In this document: positions 17,642 to 26,658 of the stretch, in pieces
Position numbering within the stretch: the stretch's first letter is position 1
How the letters are laid out: each line of letters starts with the position of its first letter
DNA from: Candidatus Babeliales bacterium
GTDB lineage: Bacteria > Babelota > Babeliae > Babelales > RVW-14
Direction of reading: 5' to 3'
Assembly (NCBI GenBank): GCA_019749895.1
Contig: JAIEPG010000002.1
Span: 2,244-66,243 of the forward strand
Length of the DNA: 64,000 bases
The notes under the pieces: generated by a model
Database searches by the model: none
The model's input: only the letters and a program-made list of their open reading frames with translations
Told to the model about the DNA's origin: nothing
Made by a program: the position numbers and the translations under genes

Positions 17642-18535
17642 TTAAATCCCCAAATCATTAACGTTTCTACTCGTACGGCTTGAGCGAAAACGGTTGATGA
17701 CCATCAACAAAACCAGCAGCGATTGCATCATGGTAAAATATTTTAAATTGAAGCCAATTTTGAGCAGCACCTGCTGCAGCGCACAGTAAACAACCAAGCC
17801 AATCAGCGGCACATTAACCGAAAATGAGCGCACAAAAAAGCACAACGATTTACCCAAAATAAGCGCCGTGATGCAAAACAGCGCCATACCAAAACCGGCG
17901 CTGGTGTCTACAAAGCCACTCGATTGCGCAACCAAATAGCCCGAAACTCCTGCAAGGCCGTTGGCAAGTGCCACGCCAGTTAGCACCACAAAGTTAGTGG
18001 ATATACCATAGTTTTCAAAAAATTTTGGATTGTACCCAAAGACAGCACAGGCATAGCCAAGCTGCGTGCGCAGCAACAAAAACAAACCAGCCAACAATAC
18101 TAAACCAACCATCAACAACATTATCAACTCTGGGTTTTTTACAAAGTACTCAGAAATAATCAGCGGATTGCGCAGGCCACTCAGCGAACGGTGCGCATTG
18201 CCCAAAACAAATTGGTTAACACCATGAAAAATACCAATCGTTAAAATACTTGAAAGCAAGTGTGGCACACGGCCGTACTGCGTGAGCAGCGCTGTCACCA
18301 GCCCCACCAACATGCCACCAGCAAAGCTTAACACAAAAATTATGGGCACGTACAAAAACATAGGCACGCCTTGACCAATAACCATAAAATTTGCTGCCAA
18401 AATTGAGCCAAAAACATACGCACTTTCTATGCTGATGTTGGGCACTTTTAACAACGAGAAAGCAATGTACCCGCCAAGAATGAGTGGCAGGTACATGCAT
18501 AATTGTTCAAGAATAATGAGCGATACGTTAAGCAT
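17642..18535 (-). CDS. ABC transporter permease (COG4120-like)
   Basis: 297-aa polytopic membrane protein immediately upstream of the ATPase. Confidence 0.8.
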   Translation of the reverse strand: MLNVSLIILEQLCMYLPLILGGYIAFSLLKVPNISIESAYVFGSILAANFMVIGQGVPMFLYVPIIFVLSFAGGMLVGLVTALLTQYGRVPHLLSSILTIGIFHGVNQFVLGNAHRSLSGLRNPLIISEYFVKNPELIMLLMVGLVLLAGLFLLLRTQLGYACAVFGYNPKFFENYGISTNFVVLTGVALANGLAGVSGYLVAQSSGFVDTSAGFGMALFCITALILGKSLCFFVRSFSVNVPLIGLVVYCALQQVLLKIGFNLKYFTMMQSLLVLLMVINRFRSSRTSRNVNDLGI

Positions 18536-18568
18536 TACTTTCCTAATTTTTTAAGAGCTACTTTTTTG

Positions 18569-18735
18569 CCGTTCAAATCCTTCGACCCTTCGAGACAGAA
18601 CTCTACGAGTTCTTCCTCAGGGCAGGCGGGAAGGGCCTTTAGCTCTGAGCTTGCCGAAGAATCAGGACGAACGGCTGAATAACTTGCCCTACGAAGCCCC
18701 GCTCGCCCTGAGCTTGTCGAAGGGTAAGGGCGCAG
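18569..18735. repeat. intergenic cluster of CCCTTCGA..CTCAGGG repeat units in inverted orientation
   Basis: Forward unit ccttcgacccttcgagaca...cctcagggcaggcggg. Reverse unit ccccgctcgccctgagcttgtcgaagggtaagggcgcag. Lies between the SBP and permease genes. Confidence 0.7.
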
Positions 18736-18745
18736 TAGGCACTAT

Positions 18746-19756
18746 TCAAATCACCACACCCGAATTCATCAAGAACACTGTCTCGCGACTCAGCGGCAAG
18801 CCCTGCGCAGCAGCAGCTTGTGTGTTCAACTTAATTTTATTATTAGCCAGCGGTGTTGACGGAATGTTAGTTGGGTTCTTACCTTCATTCAAAATTAAGA
18901 GCGCTTTTTTAGCACCTTCAACACCAAAGTCATACTCTTCCACACCAAAACCAAGTGCCGCACCTTTTGCCGGAGAATCTAAATCAGTTGTGTAGAGCGT
19001 AACGCCATGTTGGTTGCACAGCTTAATTAAGCCTTCCAAGCCAGAAACAACCGTGTTATCTTTGAGTACCATAACTGCATCAACCGTGCTCATTGCGGAA
19101 GAAACTTTGCCATAAATTTCACTGGCAGCATAAACTTCCATACCCATAACTTCAATGCCGTGCACACCAGCCAAACGAACAATCTCTTCTTTATCTTTGC
19201 CAAAGCCACTGTTTGGATCGTACACCAGCAACATGCGCTTGGTTGAAGGCTTAAGCGCGTGCAAGAGCGCGAGCTGCAATTCATAATTTGTTACTTCAAT
19301 AACACCGGTCACATTATTGTTGGAGGCTTGTTCCGCATCAATTATTCCACTACCAACAGGGTCGGAAACCGCACCAAAAACAATCGGTACCAACTGTTGT
19401 TTTTTAATACTTATTTCTTTAAGCATTTGGGCCGGTTGTCGAGCAATGGCAAATGCTAAGTCGTAGTTGCCTGCCAAAATTTCTTCAACTTGTGAGCGCA
19501 TGAGCGAGCGGTTGCCGTTGGCATTGTACGTGGTGCATTCATAATTTGCCGTTGTATCTTGTTGCAAAGTTTTGCGGAAACCCTGTTCAATTTGTTCCAA
19601 ACTTGGGTGCGTTACCGGCGTTAAAATGGCAACGCGATGCGTACGGGTTGCCGTTGCGTGCACAACCTTAGATTCTGGTGCGTAAAGCAGATATGCTAGG
19701 TAGCCAGTTAAACAAGCGTGGAGGCCAAAGATAGCAAGATAGAGTATTTTTTTCAT
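18746..19756 (-). CDS. ABC transporter substrate-binding protein (COG2984 / ABC_sub_bind-like)
   Basis: N-terminal anchor or signal followed by a periplasmic-binding-protein-like sequence. Operon context with the permease and ATPase. Confidence 0.8.
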   Translation of the reverse strand: MKKILYLAIFGLHACLTGYLAYLLYAPESKVVHATATRTHRVAILTPVTHPSLEQIEQGFRKTLQQDTTANYECTTYNANGNRSLMRSQVEEILAGNYDLAFAIARQPAQMLKEISIKKQQLVPIVFGAVSDPVGSGIIDAEQASNNNVTGVIEVTNYELQLALLHALKPSTKRMLLVYDPNSGFGKDKEEIVRLAGVHGIEVMGMEVYAASEIYGKVSSAMSTVDAVMVLKDNTVVSGLEGLIKLCNQHGVTLYTTDLDSPAKGAALGFGVEEYDFGVEGAKKALLILNEGKNPTNIPSTPLANNKIKLNTQAAAAQGLPLSRETVFLMNSGVVI

Positions 19757-19777
19757 AGTTTAATCTTTCTGATTTTT

Positions 19778-20045
19778 GCCCTTCGAGACACCCCGCTTCG
19801 CTAAAAGCTTCGCAAGGTTCCTCAGGGAGGGCGGAGAATGTGAATGTTTTTTATACTTGTTCGTTACTCATAAAGTTATTACAGATTTTCAAATTAGTTT
19901 TTTCTTTTTTTGCTGCAATGATGTTCGCACTGCTGTATCAAACAATGTTACAACAATTTACTTCACGACGCTACTTTCCCCGTTCTCCCTGAGGAGCCTG
20001 ACGAAGCTTTTAGCGAAGACAGGCGTCTCGAAGGGTCGGGCGCAG
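19778..20045. repeat. MITE-like composite: two ~65-nt long-form repeat units as terminal inverted repeats around a ~140-bp AT-rich core
   Basis: Left arm gcccttcgagacaccccgcttcgctaaaagcttcgcaaggttcctcagggagggcgga. The right arm is its near reverse complement (tccccgttctccctgaggagcctgacgaagcttttagcgaagacaggcgtctcgaagggtcgggc). Confidence 0.65.
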
Positions 20046-20273
20046 AAACAAAATAATTTGATTGAAATGATATGATTAGCGCCACCAGCGCCAAGAAAGA
20101 ACAGAAAAAGAAAGACATGCAAAAGATGAGACCACAAGCGGTCTGGAGTTAAAAGCGTTATGGCTGAGTACTGCGTAATGAGCCATGGCATATCCTTTCA
20201 TCTTAAAAAACAAACGTCTCAACTTTTTTGAGTGTAGCACGCTGCAGCAAAAAAAGAAAACCACCCATAAAAA

Positions 20274-20786
20274 CTATGTTTTTTTCTCAAAAATACGACG
20301 AAACGTTTGCCAACGGGCAGCACCTGGTGCAACAACATGACCACAGCGGTAGAACAAAATTCTCCAAAGGACTTTTGCAGAATCTTCGTATACGCACAGG
20401 AGAAATGGCTCGGGATCTTTCTTAAATTTAGAACACTGGTGCTCTGTCAACCGATACTCGTACATCAGATGCTCATCATCAATGCCAATCGGTTTGTGTA
20501 TGACTTGCACAAAGTCAGAAAGCACCATCACCGCGACCCCTTTTCTAGGAACATAGTTACTATCATCTCGCCAGTGACTACAAAAAATAAGACCCGTAGA
20601 CTTCATCCGCACATTGAAAGCTTGATCCCATACTCGTTCAAATGTGCCACGAAGGCCCAATCGACTTTGTACCTCAGGTAAGGGAATTGGAAAGCTCAAA
20701 TCTAAGGCAGAAGAAGCAGAATATGCACCGTGAATACTCGTCAGAGCAGTCACAAAAAGCATCGTGGCAACAAAGAGAAATTTCAT
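20274..20786 (-). CDS. secreted hypothetical protein
   Basis: Signal peptide MKFLFVATMLFVTALTSIHGA. No recognisable domain. Confidence 0.6.
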   Translation of the reverse strand: MKFLFVATMLFVTALTSIHGAYSASSALDLSFPIPLPEVQSRLGLRGTFERVWDQAFNVRMKSTGLIFCSHWRDDSNYVPRKGVAVMVLSDFVQVIHKPIGIDDEHLMYEYRLTEHQCSKFKKDPEPFLLCVYEDSAKVLWRILFYRCGHVVAPGAARWQTFRRIFEKKT

Positions 20787-20893
20787 GTATACATCCTTGC
20801 TAATATTTTTACTGAATTAAACCGTAATACATGGTGGAACGGGAGTCTACAAAAAAAATATCTCTTTGAAAAGCATTATATAAAGGCAGTCAT

Positions 20894-22003
20894 TTACAAA
20901 TTTGCTAACTCACCGGCCAATGTTGCAAGTTTTGCTTTGAGAGCTTTAAGCGACTTTTTGAGTTGTTTAAGAGGTGCTTTTGTGCCACTCTTGGGCTTGC
21001 CCGTACCACCAGAACCAGTGCCACCAGACGGCGGCACCAAACCAACTTTCTTTGATTCCGGATACACATGACCAGGAAATTTTGTTGCCAAAAATGCAAG
21101 CTTGGCTGCCTTATCTTTAGCTTCTGATTCATTGACATAAAACCACACAGAATTGCCCGCACTGTCAACAGCATTCAACGCATCGTTATTTTTGAGATGA
21201 TTAAAAATTTCTGTAAAGTGTTTTTTAAAGGGTTCCTCCTTGGACATGAAGGCAACATAGTGCAAAAGTTTAGGATTGTTCCCACCAAACTTCTTATTAA
21301 AATCTTTTTGGCCCTGCGTAGGTTCAGCCCTACCTCTGCGCCCCATCTTTCCTAACGGACTAAACAACTCTGTTCCATCAAATCCATCAAATTTATAAAC
21401 GTGGCCCACACCACTCAAATATGATTCGAAGCTAGCGCCTTGATAAATTATATTGGCAATGTTTTCCATACGTTCGGCTTCAGTTGCACCGCCAACCACA
21501 CCACCCCCCGTACTTGGCGGAGTTGCAGGACCCGTTGCAGGACTCTTGGGCACAGGCAATCTCAAAACCTTTGCCAACACACCCGGCAATGGATCGGCAA
21601 CCGCCCACCCTTTTGCCGTCTTGTCAAGCAGGGCATCTGTGAGCGTTTGTTGTACGCTCATTCCCACTTTGTTTGTTTTGTTTTGGGCATGAGGCCAGAT
21701 TTCAAGAATACTTTGTATCGCATCAATTTTGGTAAGCGTCTCCTGACCGATCTTGCTTACAAGAGCGTCAAGCGCGTTATTCTTCAAGGGTTTAAGTTGA
21801 GCAAGCAACAAATGAAGCGGCGTGTTGCCATTGGCATCTTGCGCGTTCACATCCACACCGCTGTTAATGAGCTGCTTGCACAAATCAACATAAAGCGCTT
21901 GTGCGGCATCATGCAGCGGCGTTGTACTGCTCGCTGCCGCGTGTGTGGAACGTACCAATAACATGTTAAGCAAAAATAAGAAGACCACACACGCATTGTT
22001 CAT
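20894..22003 (-). CDS. ankyrin-repeat protein with a signal peptide and a conserved C-terminal Leu/Lys helix
   Basis: ANK motifs (TPLHDAAQ...LINSGVDVNAQDANGNTPLHLLL). Start chosen at MNNACVVFLFLLNMLLV. C-terminal tail is PLKQLKKSLKALKAKLATLAGELANL. Confidence 0.85.
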   Translation of the reverse strand: MNNACVVFLFLLNMLLVRSTHAAASSTTPLHDAAQALYVDLCKQLINSGVDVNAQDANGNTPLHLLLAQLKPLKNNALDALVSKIGQETLTKIDAIQSILEIWPHAQNKTNKVGMSVQQTLTDALLDKTAKGWAVADPLPGVLAKVLRLPVPKSPATGPATPPSTGGGVVGGATEAERMENIANIIYQGASFESYLSGVGHVYKFDGFDGTELFSPLGKMGRRGRAEPTQGQKDFNKKFGGNNPKLLHYVAFMSKEEPFKKHFTEIFNHLKNNDALNAVDSAGNSVWFYVNESEAKDKAAKLAFLATKFPGHVYPESKKVGLVPPSGGTGSGGTGKPKSGTKAPLKQLKKSLKALKAKLATLAGELANL

Positions 22004-22084
22004 ATCACTATCTCCACAATTTAGAAACCAACAAATTTTTACGGTGCAGCCAGCAAGCACCAGCCGCACCATTTTTTTAAATTA

Positions 22085-23707
22085 TTACAGTCCTGCCAAC
22101 TTGCCCGCTAATGTTGCCAATTTTGCTTTGAGAGCTTTGAGCGATTGCTTGAGTTGTTTGAGTGGTGTTTTTGCGCCAGCACCGCCGCCACCGCCCGTAC
22201 CGCCGCCGCCTGCAGATACTCCCACGCCCGGCGCAAGAGCATGCAATTTATCTTTTAGCGCCTGAAACGCACCTGAACCATCTGCATCTGCTCCACCTTT
22301 CATATGATGTTTAAAATGTGCAGCAAATGAACCTTTGCTTAATAAAGCTTCTTGATCATCACCAGCTTTGTTTTTAATTTTTTTGGCACCTTGTGCAATT
22401 AAATAATCAACAATATCAACTTGTTGTACAGCATCCCCAGCACTTCCCGGATTGCGTAAAAAAACACAATGCAATGGCGTGTTACCAACATTATTGACCG
22501 CGTTCACATCAGCGCCCTTACTAACTAGTTCTATGCATACCTGAGATTTTCCAGCTCTCGCGGCAACGTGCAATGCCGTATTACCATCGCTATCTACAGC
22601 ATCAACCTTGGCACCAGCAGTTAGTAATGTTTTACATCCGAAAGCCCATCCGGCCTCAGCTGCAATATGCAACGGATTTCCTTTTTCAATATCAATGCCT
22701 GGCACTTTAAGAACAAACTCTAAACGATCTTGCCTAGTAGCATCCATAGCAAATTTCATTAAAAGCGTCTGGCCATTATAATCAACTTCGTTAATCTTTT
22801 TTTGTAATTCAAGATCTTTTAATACATTTTCAAAACTAATACCAAGTTGACCATCAAATTTTAAATACCAAAATAAAAGGTATCTCGAGGCCAAAATTGC
22901 ATAAAACGATGCTGCATTGTACTCAGCAGATTTTGATACTACTAAACCTCCAAGTGCTTGCATAAAATTGCAAGGTCCATCGGGTTTCTCGGCCAAGTCA
23001 TCATAACCTTTAACTTTAAATTCAACTTCGGCACCTTCTGCTAAGAATTTGTGAATCGTGTAAACAGTATTTTTTTGGACAGCAACCACAATAGGCCTTA
23101 TGCCTTGGTTGTCTGCTTGATTCACAAAATTTTTAAAATCAACAATATCTACACATTCTTGCCCAGTATCCCCAAAGAATTTTGTCAATACACGAGTTAT
23201 AGCATCATGCGCAAGATCAAATGCAGCAACATAATGTAAGATATTTCTACCGCCATGACTCTTATAAGTTTTAAAAAAATCTTTAAAAGTAGTACCAAGC
23301 CAGTGAATTTTATCACGCTCCCCAGAAGCATATGTTATAATATCGGGCCCCCCCGTATCAGCAGTCTTCAAAACATCAGCATTCACAAGATTGCCAAAAA
23401 CTATTTTAAAAAGATCCATTGAAGATTTTTGTGCAACATAATGCAAAAGTTTTGGCTTCATATGAGACCAAATATTAAACTCTTCTTTTCTTTTAAATGC
23501 TGCTGGCTCATGCCCAGCAACAAACTTTTCATTGGAATCAAAATAAAATTCTTCTTGCCCCGTAAATTTGTAGCCACCAACCAATGCTGCCTGAAGAGCA
23601 ACGTTATTGTTCTTATAAATTGCATCAGAAATTGCCGGATCCATGATTGGTGCAGCACCGTGCGCCAACCCCGCACTCAACAAACAAACAAACAAACAAA
23701 CGAACAA
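22085..23707 (-). CDS. ankyrin-repeat protein, paralog of the previous gene; start uncertain (TTG at 23707, out-of-frame ATG at 23720)
   Basis: ANK motifs (GNPLHIAAEAG...DSDGNTALHVAARAG...VGNTPLHCV). C-terminal tail is PLKQLKQSLKALKAKLATLAGKLAGL. Confidence 0.85.
   Translation of the reverse strand: MFVCLFVCLLSAGLAHGAAPIMDPAISDAIYKNNNVALQAALVGGYKFTGQEEFYFDSNEKFVAGHEPAAFKRKEEFNIWSHMKPKLLHYVAQKSSMDLFKIVFGNLVNADVLKTADTGGPDIITYASGERDKIHWLGTTFKDFFKTYKSHGGRNILHYVAAFDLAHDAITRVLTKFFGDTGQECVDIVDFKNFVNQADNQGIRPIVVAVQKNTVYTIHKFLAEGAEVEFKVKGYDDLAEKPDGPCNFMQALGGLVVSKSAEYNAASFYAILASRYLLFWYLKFDGQLGISFENVLKDLELQKKINEVDYNGQTLLMKFAMDATRQDRLEFVLKVPGIDIEKGNPLHIAAEAGWAFGCKTLLTAGAKVDAVDSDGNTALHVAARAGKSQVCIELVSKGADVNAVNNVGNTPLHCVFLRNPGSAGDAVQQVDIVDYLIAQGAKKIKNKAGDDQEALLSKGSFAAHFKHHMKGGADADGSGAFQALKDKLHALAPGVGVSAGGGGTGGGGGAGAKTPLKQLKQSLKALKAKLATLAGKLAGL
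23681..23700. repeat. tetranucleotide microsatellite (CAAA)5, i.e. (TTTG)5 on the coding strand, at the 5' end of the ankyrin gene
   Basis: caaacaaacaaacaaacaaa with imperfect flanking units (caa.. and ..cgaacaaacgg). Confidence 0.9.
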
Positions 23708-23796
23708 ACGGCTTCTTCATTAAACTACCCTCTCAAAAAAACACACGCTTTAAAAAAGTACAAAGCATCCGCGCGCACACGCGCGGGCAACAAAAT

Positions 23797-26322
23797 TTAC
23801 CGACGTCTGTCAACAACTTCAGTGTTATGAAATACCGTCTTCCAAACTCTTTTCACAATCTCAAGCACAACAAAATTCATTGCTACTACCGTCATAATCC
23901 AGCGCAAGAAAACAGAATTTGGCGTAACAAAACTCAAAACTGATTGGCCAAATTGGGTATATGGTAACGAGATTGCCGAAACAGCAGCAACACATAAAAA
24001 GATAAGCAATAAGTTGGACGGCCTACTTGTTCTAAAAAATATAGCTTTACTGCGCAAGGCAAAAAACAAAAACAGCTCAGAAGCAATGCTGTACAAAAAC
24101 CAATGCGTTTGCAAAACAGCCGCCGGCTCTTTGTAAAGCTTTGAGAAAAATGAAAAGTCGAACAAGCTACAAACAAAGCCGATTGTCGTAATTGAAATAA
24201 ATAACGACTTCATGTTGTACCGCTCGGGGCGGGTAATTTCTGAAGCATCAACCGTATCAGTTGCAATAAAAATAAGCGGAAGGTCAGCCAAAATATTTAA
24301 GCACAAGAGCTGGATTGGCAGCATAGGCAAGTGCGGTAGCAACAGGGCGGCAATAGAAATGGTAAAGAAATTACTAAACGTTGATGTCAACGTAACGCGC
24401 AAATATTTAAGCGTGTTAAAAAACACCTTCCGGCCTTCCACAACACCGTCCAAAATAACGCCAATCCTATTTTCCAACAAAATAATGTCAGCCGCATCCT
24501 TGGCCAAATCAGTCGCGTTGGGGACCGCAATACCCACCGCAGCCTGCTTAAGCGCTGGTGCATCGTTCACGCCATCACCCAAAAAACCAACCGTATATTT
24601 TTCGCTCAACAAACTTACAATCCGATACTTATCTTCTGGCGATATGCGCGCAAACGCATGATACTTTTCTGCCGCTTCGCGCTGCTCAGGCTCAGACAAC
24701 GCACTAAACTCACTGCCCAGCATAACATCGTGCGGCGATGTTAACAGACCAACTTTATAACCAACAGCACCCACCACTTCGGGTGCATCTCCAGACAAAA
24801 TCTTGATATCTATTTTGAGCTTTGCTGCGTACTTAATAGCATCGTGCGCGGTTGCTTTTATGGGGTCGGAAAAAGAAACGAGCCCAACAAAATCTACCTC
24901 TTTTTCAACATGCAAAAGATCGTCTGGCTTGGTGGTAAACTGCTTATGCCCAATAGCAATAATGCGCCTGCCCTCGCCACCTTGATTGGCAATCCATGCC
25001 AATATTTGCTCATCTTCTTTAAAATTACATAACGCAAAAATATCTTCATACGCACCGCGCACAATCAAATGGTACGCTTCGCTTTCTTTTACCAAGCTGG
25101 CGGTACGACGACGCTGTGGGTCAAACGGCACATAATCGAGCCGCTCGATATTTTCAACGTGACTGCTGCCATTTTTTTCAAGATAAGCAACCAGCGCATT
25201 GTCAAACGATTGGTGCGATTGCGCAAAGCGTGCACCCGCAAACGTGGCATACCCTATCACCTGCTTTTCATCGTACGGCTTGTAGGCAAAAATATCGGCA
25301 ACTTCCATAATGCTTTCGGTGATAGTGCCGGTTTTGTCGGTACATAAAATTTCGATACTGCCCAAGTCATCAATTGCTGAAAGCCGTTTTACCACAACCT
25401 GCTTTGCTGTCATAATGCGGGCTGCATACGCCAACGAAAAGTTGATCACCACTTGCAGCGCTTCTGGAATTACTGCCACCGCCAAACTGATAGAAAAAAT
25501 AAGCATGTGCACAAAATCAAACTCATCGCCTTTTACCAAGAAGTTAACGAAAAAGACAATCCCCAACGTCAGCACAACCAAGTACAAAATAAACGTGCTA
25601 ATTGTTTTAATATCTTGTGAAAAGCGACTTGATGGTGCCGACTTGGTGGTCAAGCGTGCAACACGGCCAAAGGTTGTTTCAGTACCAATAGCAACAACAA
25701 CTCCTTTTGCCTGACCACTTACTACTGTGGTCCCGGTAAAGGCCATATTTTTTGCTTCAAAAACCTGCTCAATATTTTCAAGCTTATCAACAGACTTTTC
25801 AACAGGAACCGATTCTCCGGTCAAACTCGACTCATCAATAGTCACGTGCTCTGCTTCTATCAACCGCATGTCTGCCGTAATCAAGTCGCCCGGCTCAAGA
25901 AATACAATGTCACCCGGCACCAGCAATGAACTGTCTACCAGCATCTCTTTGCCATCACGCAGCACCTTCATCTCGTACGTCACATATTTTTTAAGCATCT
26001 GCATAGTACGCTGAGCAAAAAATTCTTGATAAAAACCAAGAACTGCCATAATGCCCACAAACAGGAGAATCATCCCGCTATTTAAATATTCACCCAAAAA
26101 AAATGATATAACCGCACCAATAAGAAGCAGATAAACAAATGAAGAAGCAAATTGCCGCGCAAGCATATGCCACCATTTGTTGCTACTAGACTGCAAAACA
26201 TTAAGACCGTACTGTTGACGTCGTTTTTTTATTTCAAGCGCAAACAATCCGGTTTCAAGCGACGTCTCCAGCTCTTTTACTACCTCTGCGCCAGTTTTTC
26301 CGGCTGCTGTAGAAAATATCAT
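23797..26322 (-). CDS. P-type cation-transporting ATPase (MgtA / Ca-ATPase-like)
   Basis: CTDKTGTITE phosphorylation motif, LTGESVPV, GDGVNDAPALK, about 10 TM segments, 841 aa. Confidence 0.9.
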   Translation of the reverse strand: MIFSTAAGKTGAEVVKELETSLETGLFALEIKKRRQQYGLNVLQSSSNKWWHMLARQFASSFVYLLLIGAVISFFLGEYLNSGMILLFVGIMAVLGFYQEFFAQRTMQMLKKYVTYEMKVLRDGKEMLVDSSLLVPGDIVFLEPGDLITADMRLIEAEHVTIDESSLTGESVPVEKSVDKLENIEQVFEAKNMAFTGTTVVSGQAKGVVVAIGTETTFGRVARLTTKSAPSSRFSQDIKTISTFILYLVVLTLGIVFFVNFLVKGDEFDFVHMLIFSISLAVAVIPEALQVVINFSLAYAARIMTAKQVVVKRLSAIDDLGSIEILCTDKTGTITESIMEVADIFAYKPYDEKQVIGYATFAGARFAQSHQSFDNALVAYLEKNGSSHVENIERLDYVPFDPQRRRTASLVKESEAYHLIVRGAYEDIFALCNFKEDEQILAWIANQGGEGRRIIAIGHKQFTTKPDDLLHVEKEVDFVGLVSFSDPIKATAHDAIKYAAKLKIDIKILSGDAPEVVGAVGYKVGLLTSPHDVMLGSEFSALSEPEQREAAEKYHAFARISPEDKYRIVSLLSEKYTVGFLGDGVNDAPALKQAAVGIAVPNATDLAKDAADIILLENRIGVILDGVVEGRKVFFNTLKYLRVTLTSTFSNFFTISIAALLLPHLPMLPIQLLCLNILADLPLIFIATDTVDASEITRPERYNMKSLFISITTIGFVCSLFDFSFFSKLYKEPAAVLQTHWFLYSIASELFLFFALRSKAIFFRTSRPSNLLLIFLCVAAVSAISLPYTQFGQSVLSFVTPNSVFLRWIMTVVAMNFVVLEIVKRVWKTVFHNTEVVDRRR

Positions 26323-26486
26323 AATTCCCCCTCAATTTTACAAAAAATTATCGTTACAGCGAAAAGGATTTCTTATAATTTCGAACAATTCTTAGCAAGA
26401 AATCAATAGTTTGCATTGACGGCACGTATCTGATCATAATTTGACGAGCACCCAGAAATTGATCTTTGATTTAGGTTGTGTACCAA

Positions 26487-26595
26487 CTCCGTTTTCCCTG
26501 AGGAGCTCGAAGAGCGTCTCGAAGGGTCGTTTCTTCTGCAAAATTTTTACCCTTCGAGACGCATGTCTACGCCATGCTCCTCAGGGAGAACGGGG
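26487..26595. repeat. pair of inverted CCCTTCGAGAC..CTCAGGGAGAACGG repeat units with a ~20-bp spacer
   Basis: ctccgttttccctgaggagctcgaagagcgtctcgaagggtcg followed by acccttcgagacgcatgtctacgccatgctcctcagggagaacgggg. Confidence 0.7.
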
Positions 26596-26658
26596 CAAAA
26601 AACAAATCAAAACCGCAAAAGTAATATTGTAATATTAACTTTAAACCAAGGAAATCTG

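Noticed and set aside
19776-20075. 99-aa ORF (and 19958-20191, 18651-18995, and the 26441/26476 N-terminal extension) as real proteins
   Set aside because: They are read-throughs of the palindromic repeats or antisense to the SBP gene. They have no RBS, and their peptides (..PFETPRFAKSF.., ..LALSLSKG..) are simply the repeat translated.
22004-22072. Long N-terminal extensions offered by the track for several genes (starts at 22072, 28914, 29421, 29747, 38515, 54904, 57703, 61042, 3671, 12666, 15857)
   Set aside because: In each case an internal ATG preceded by an AGGAG/GGAG-like RBS gives a canonical N-terminus (a signal peptide or conserved family start). The extension has no such support.
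18569-26595. Considered whether the recurring CCCTTCGA..CTCAGGG units form a CRISPR array
   Set aside because: The units occur in inverted orientation with irregular spacing (20 to ~140 nt). They are scattered over distant loci, and no cas genes are present. The pattern fits a REP/MITE-like family, not CRISPR.
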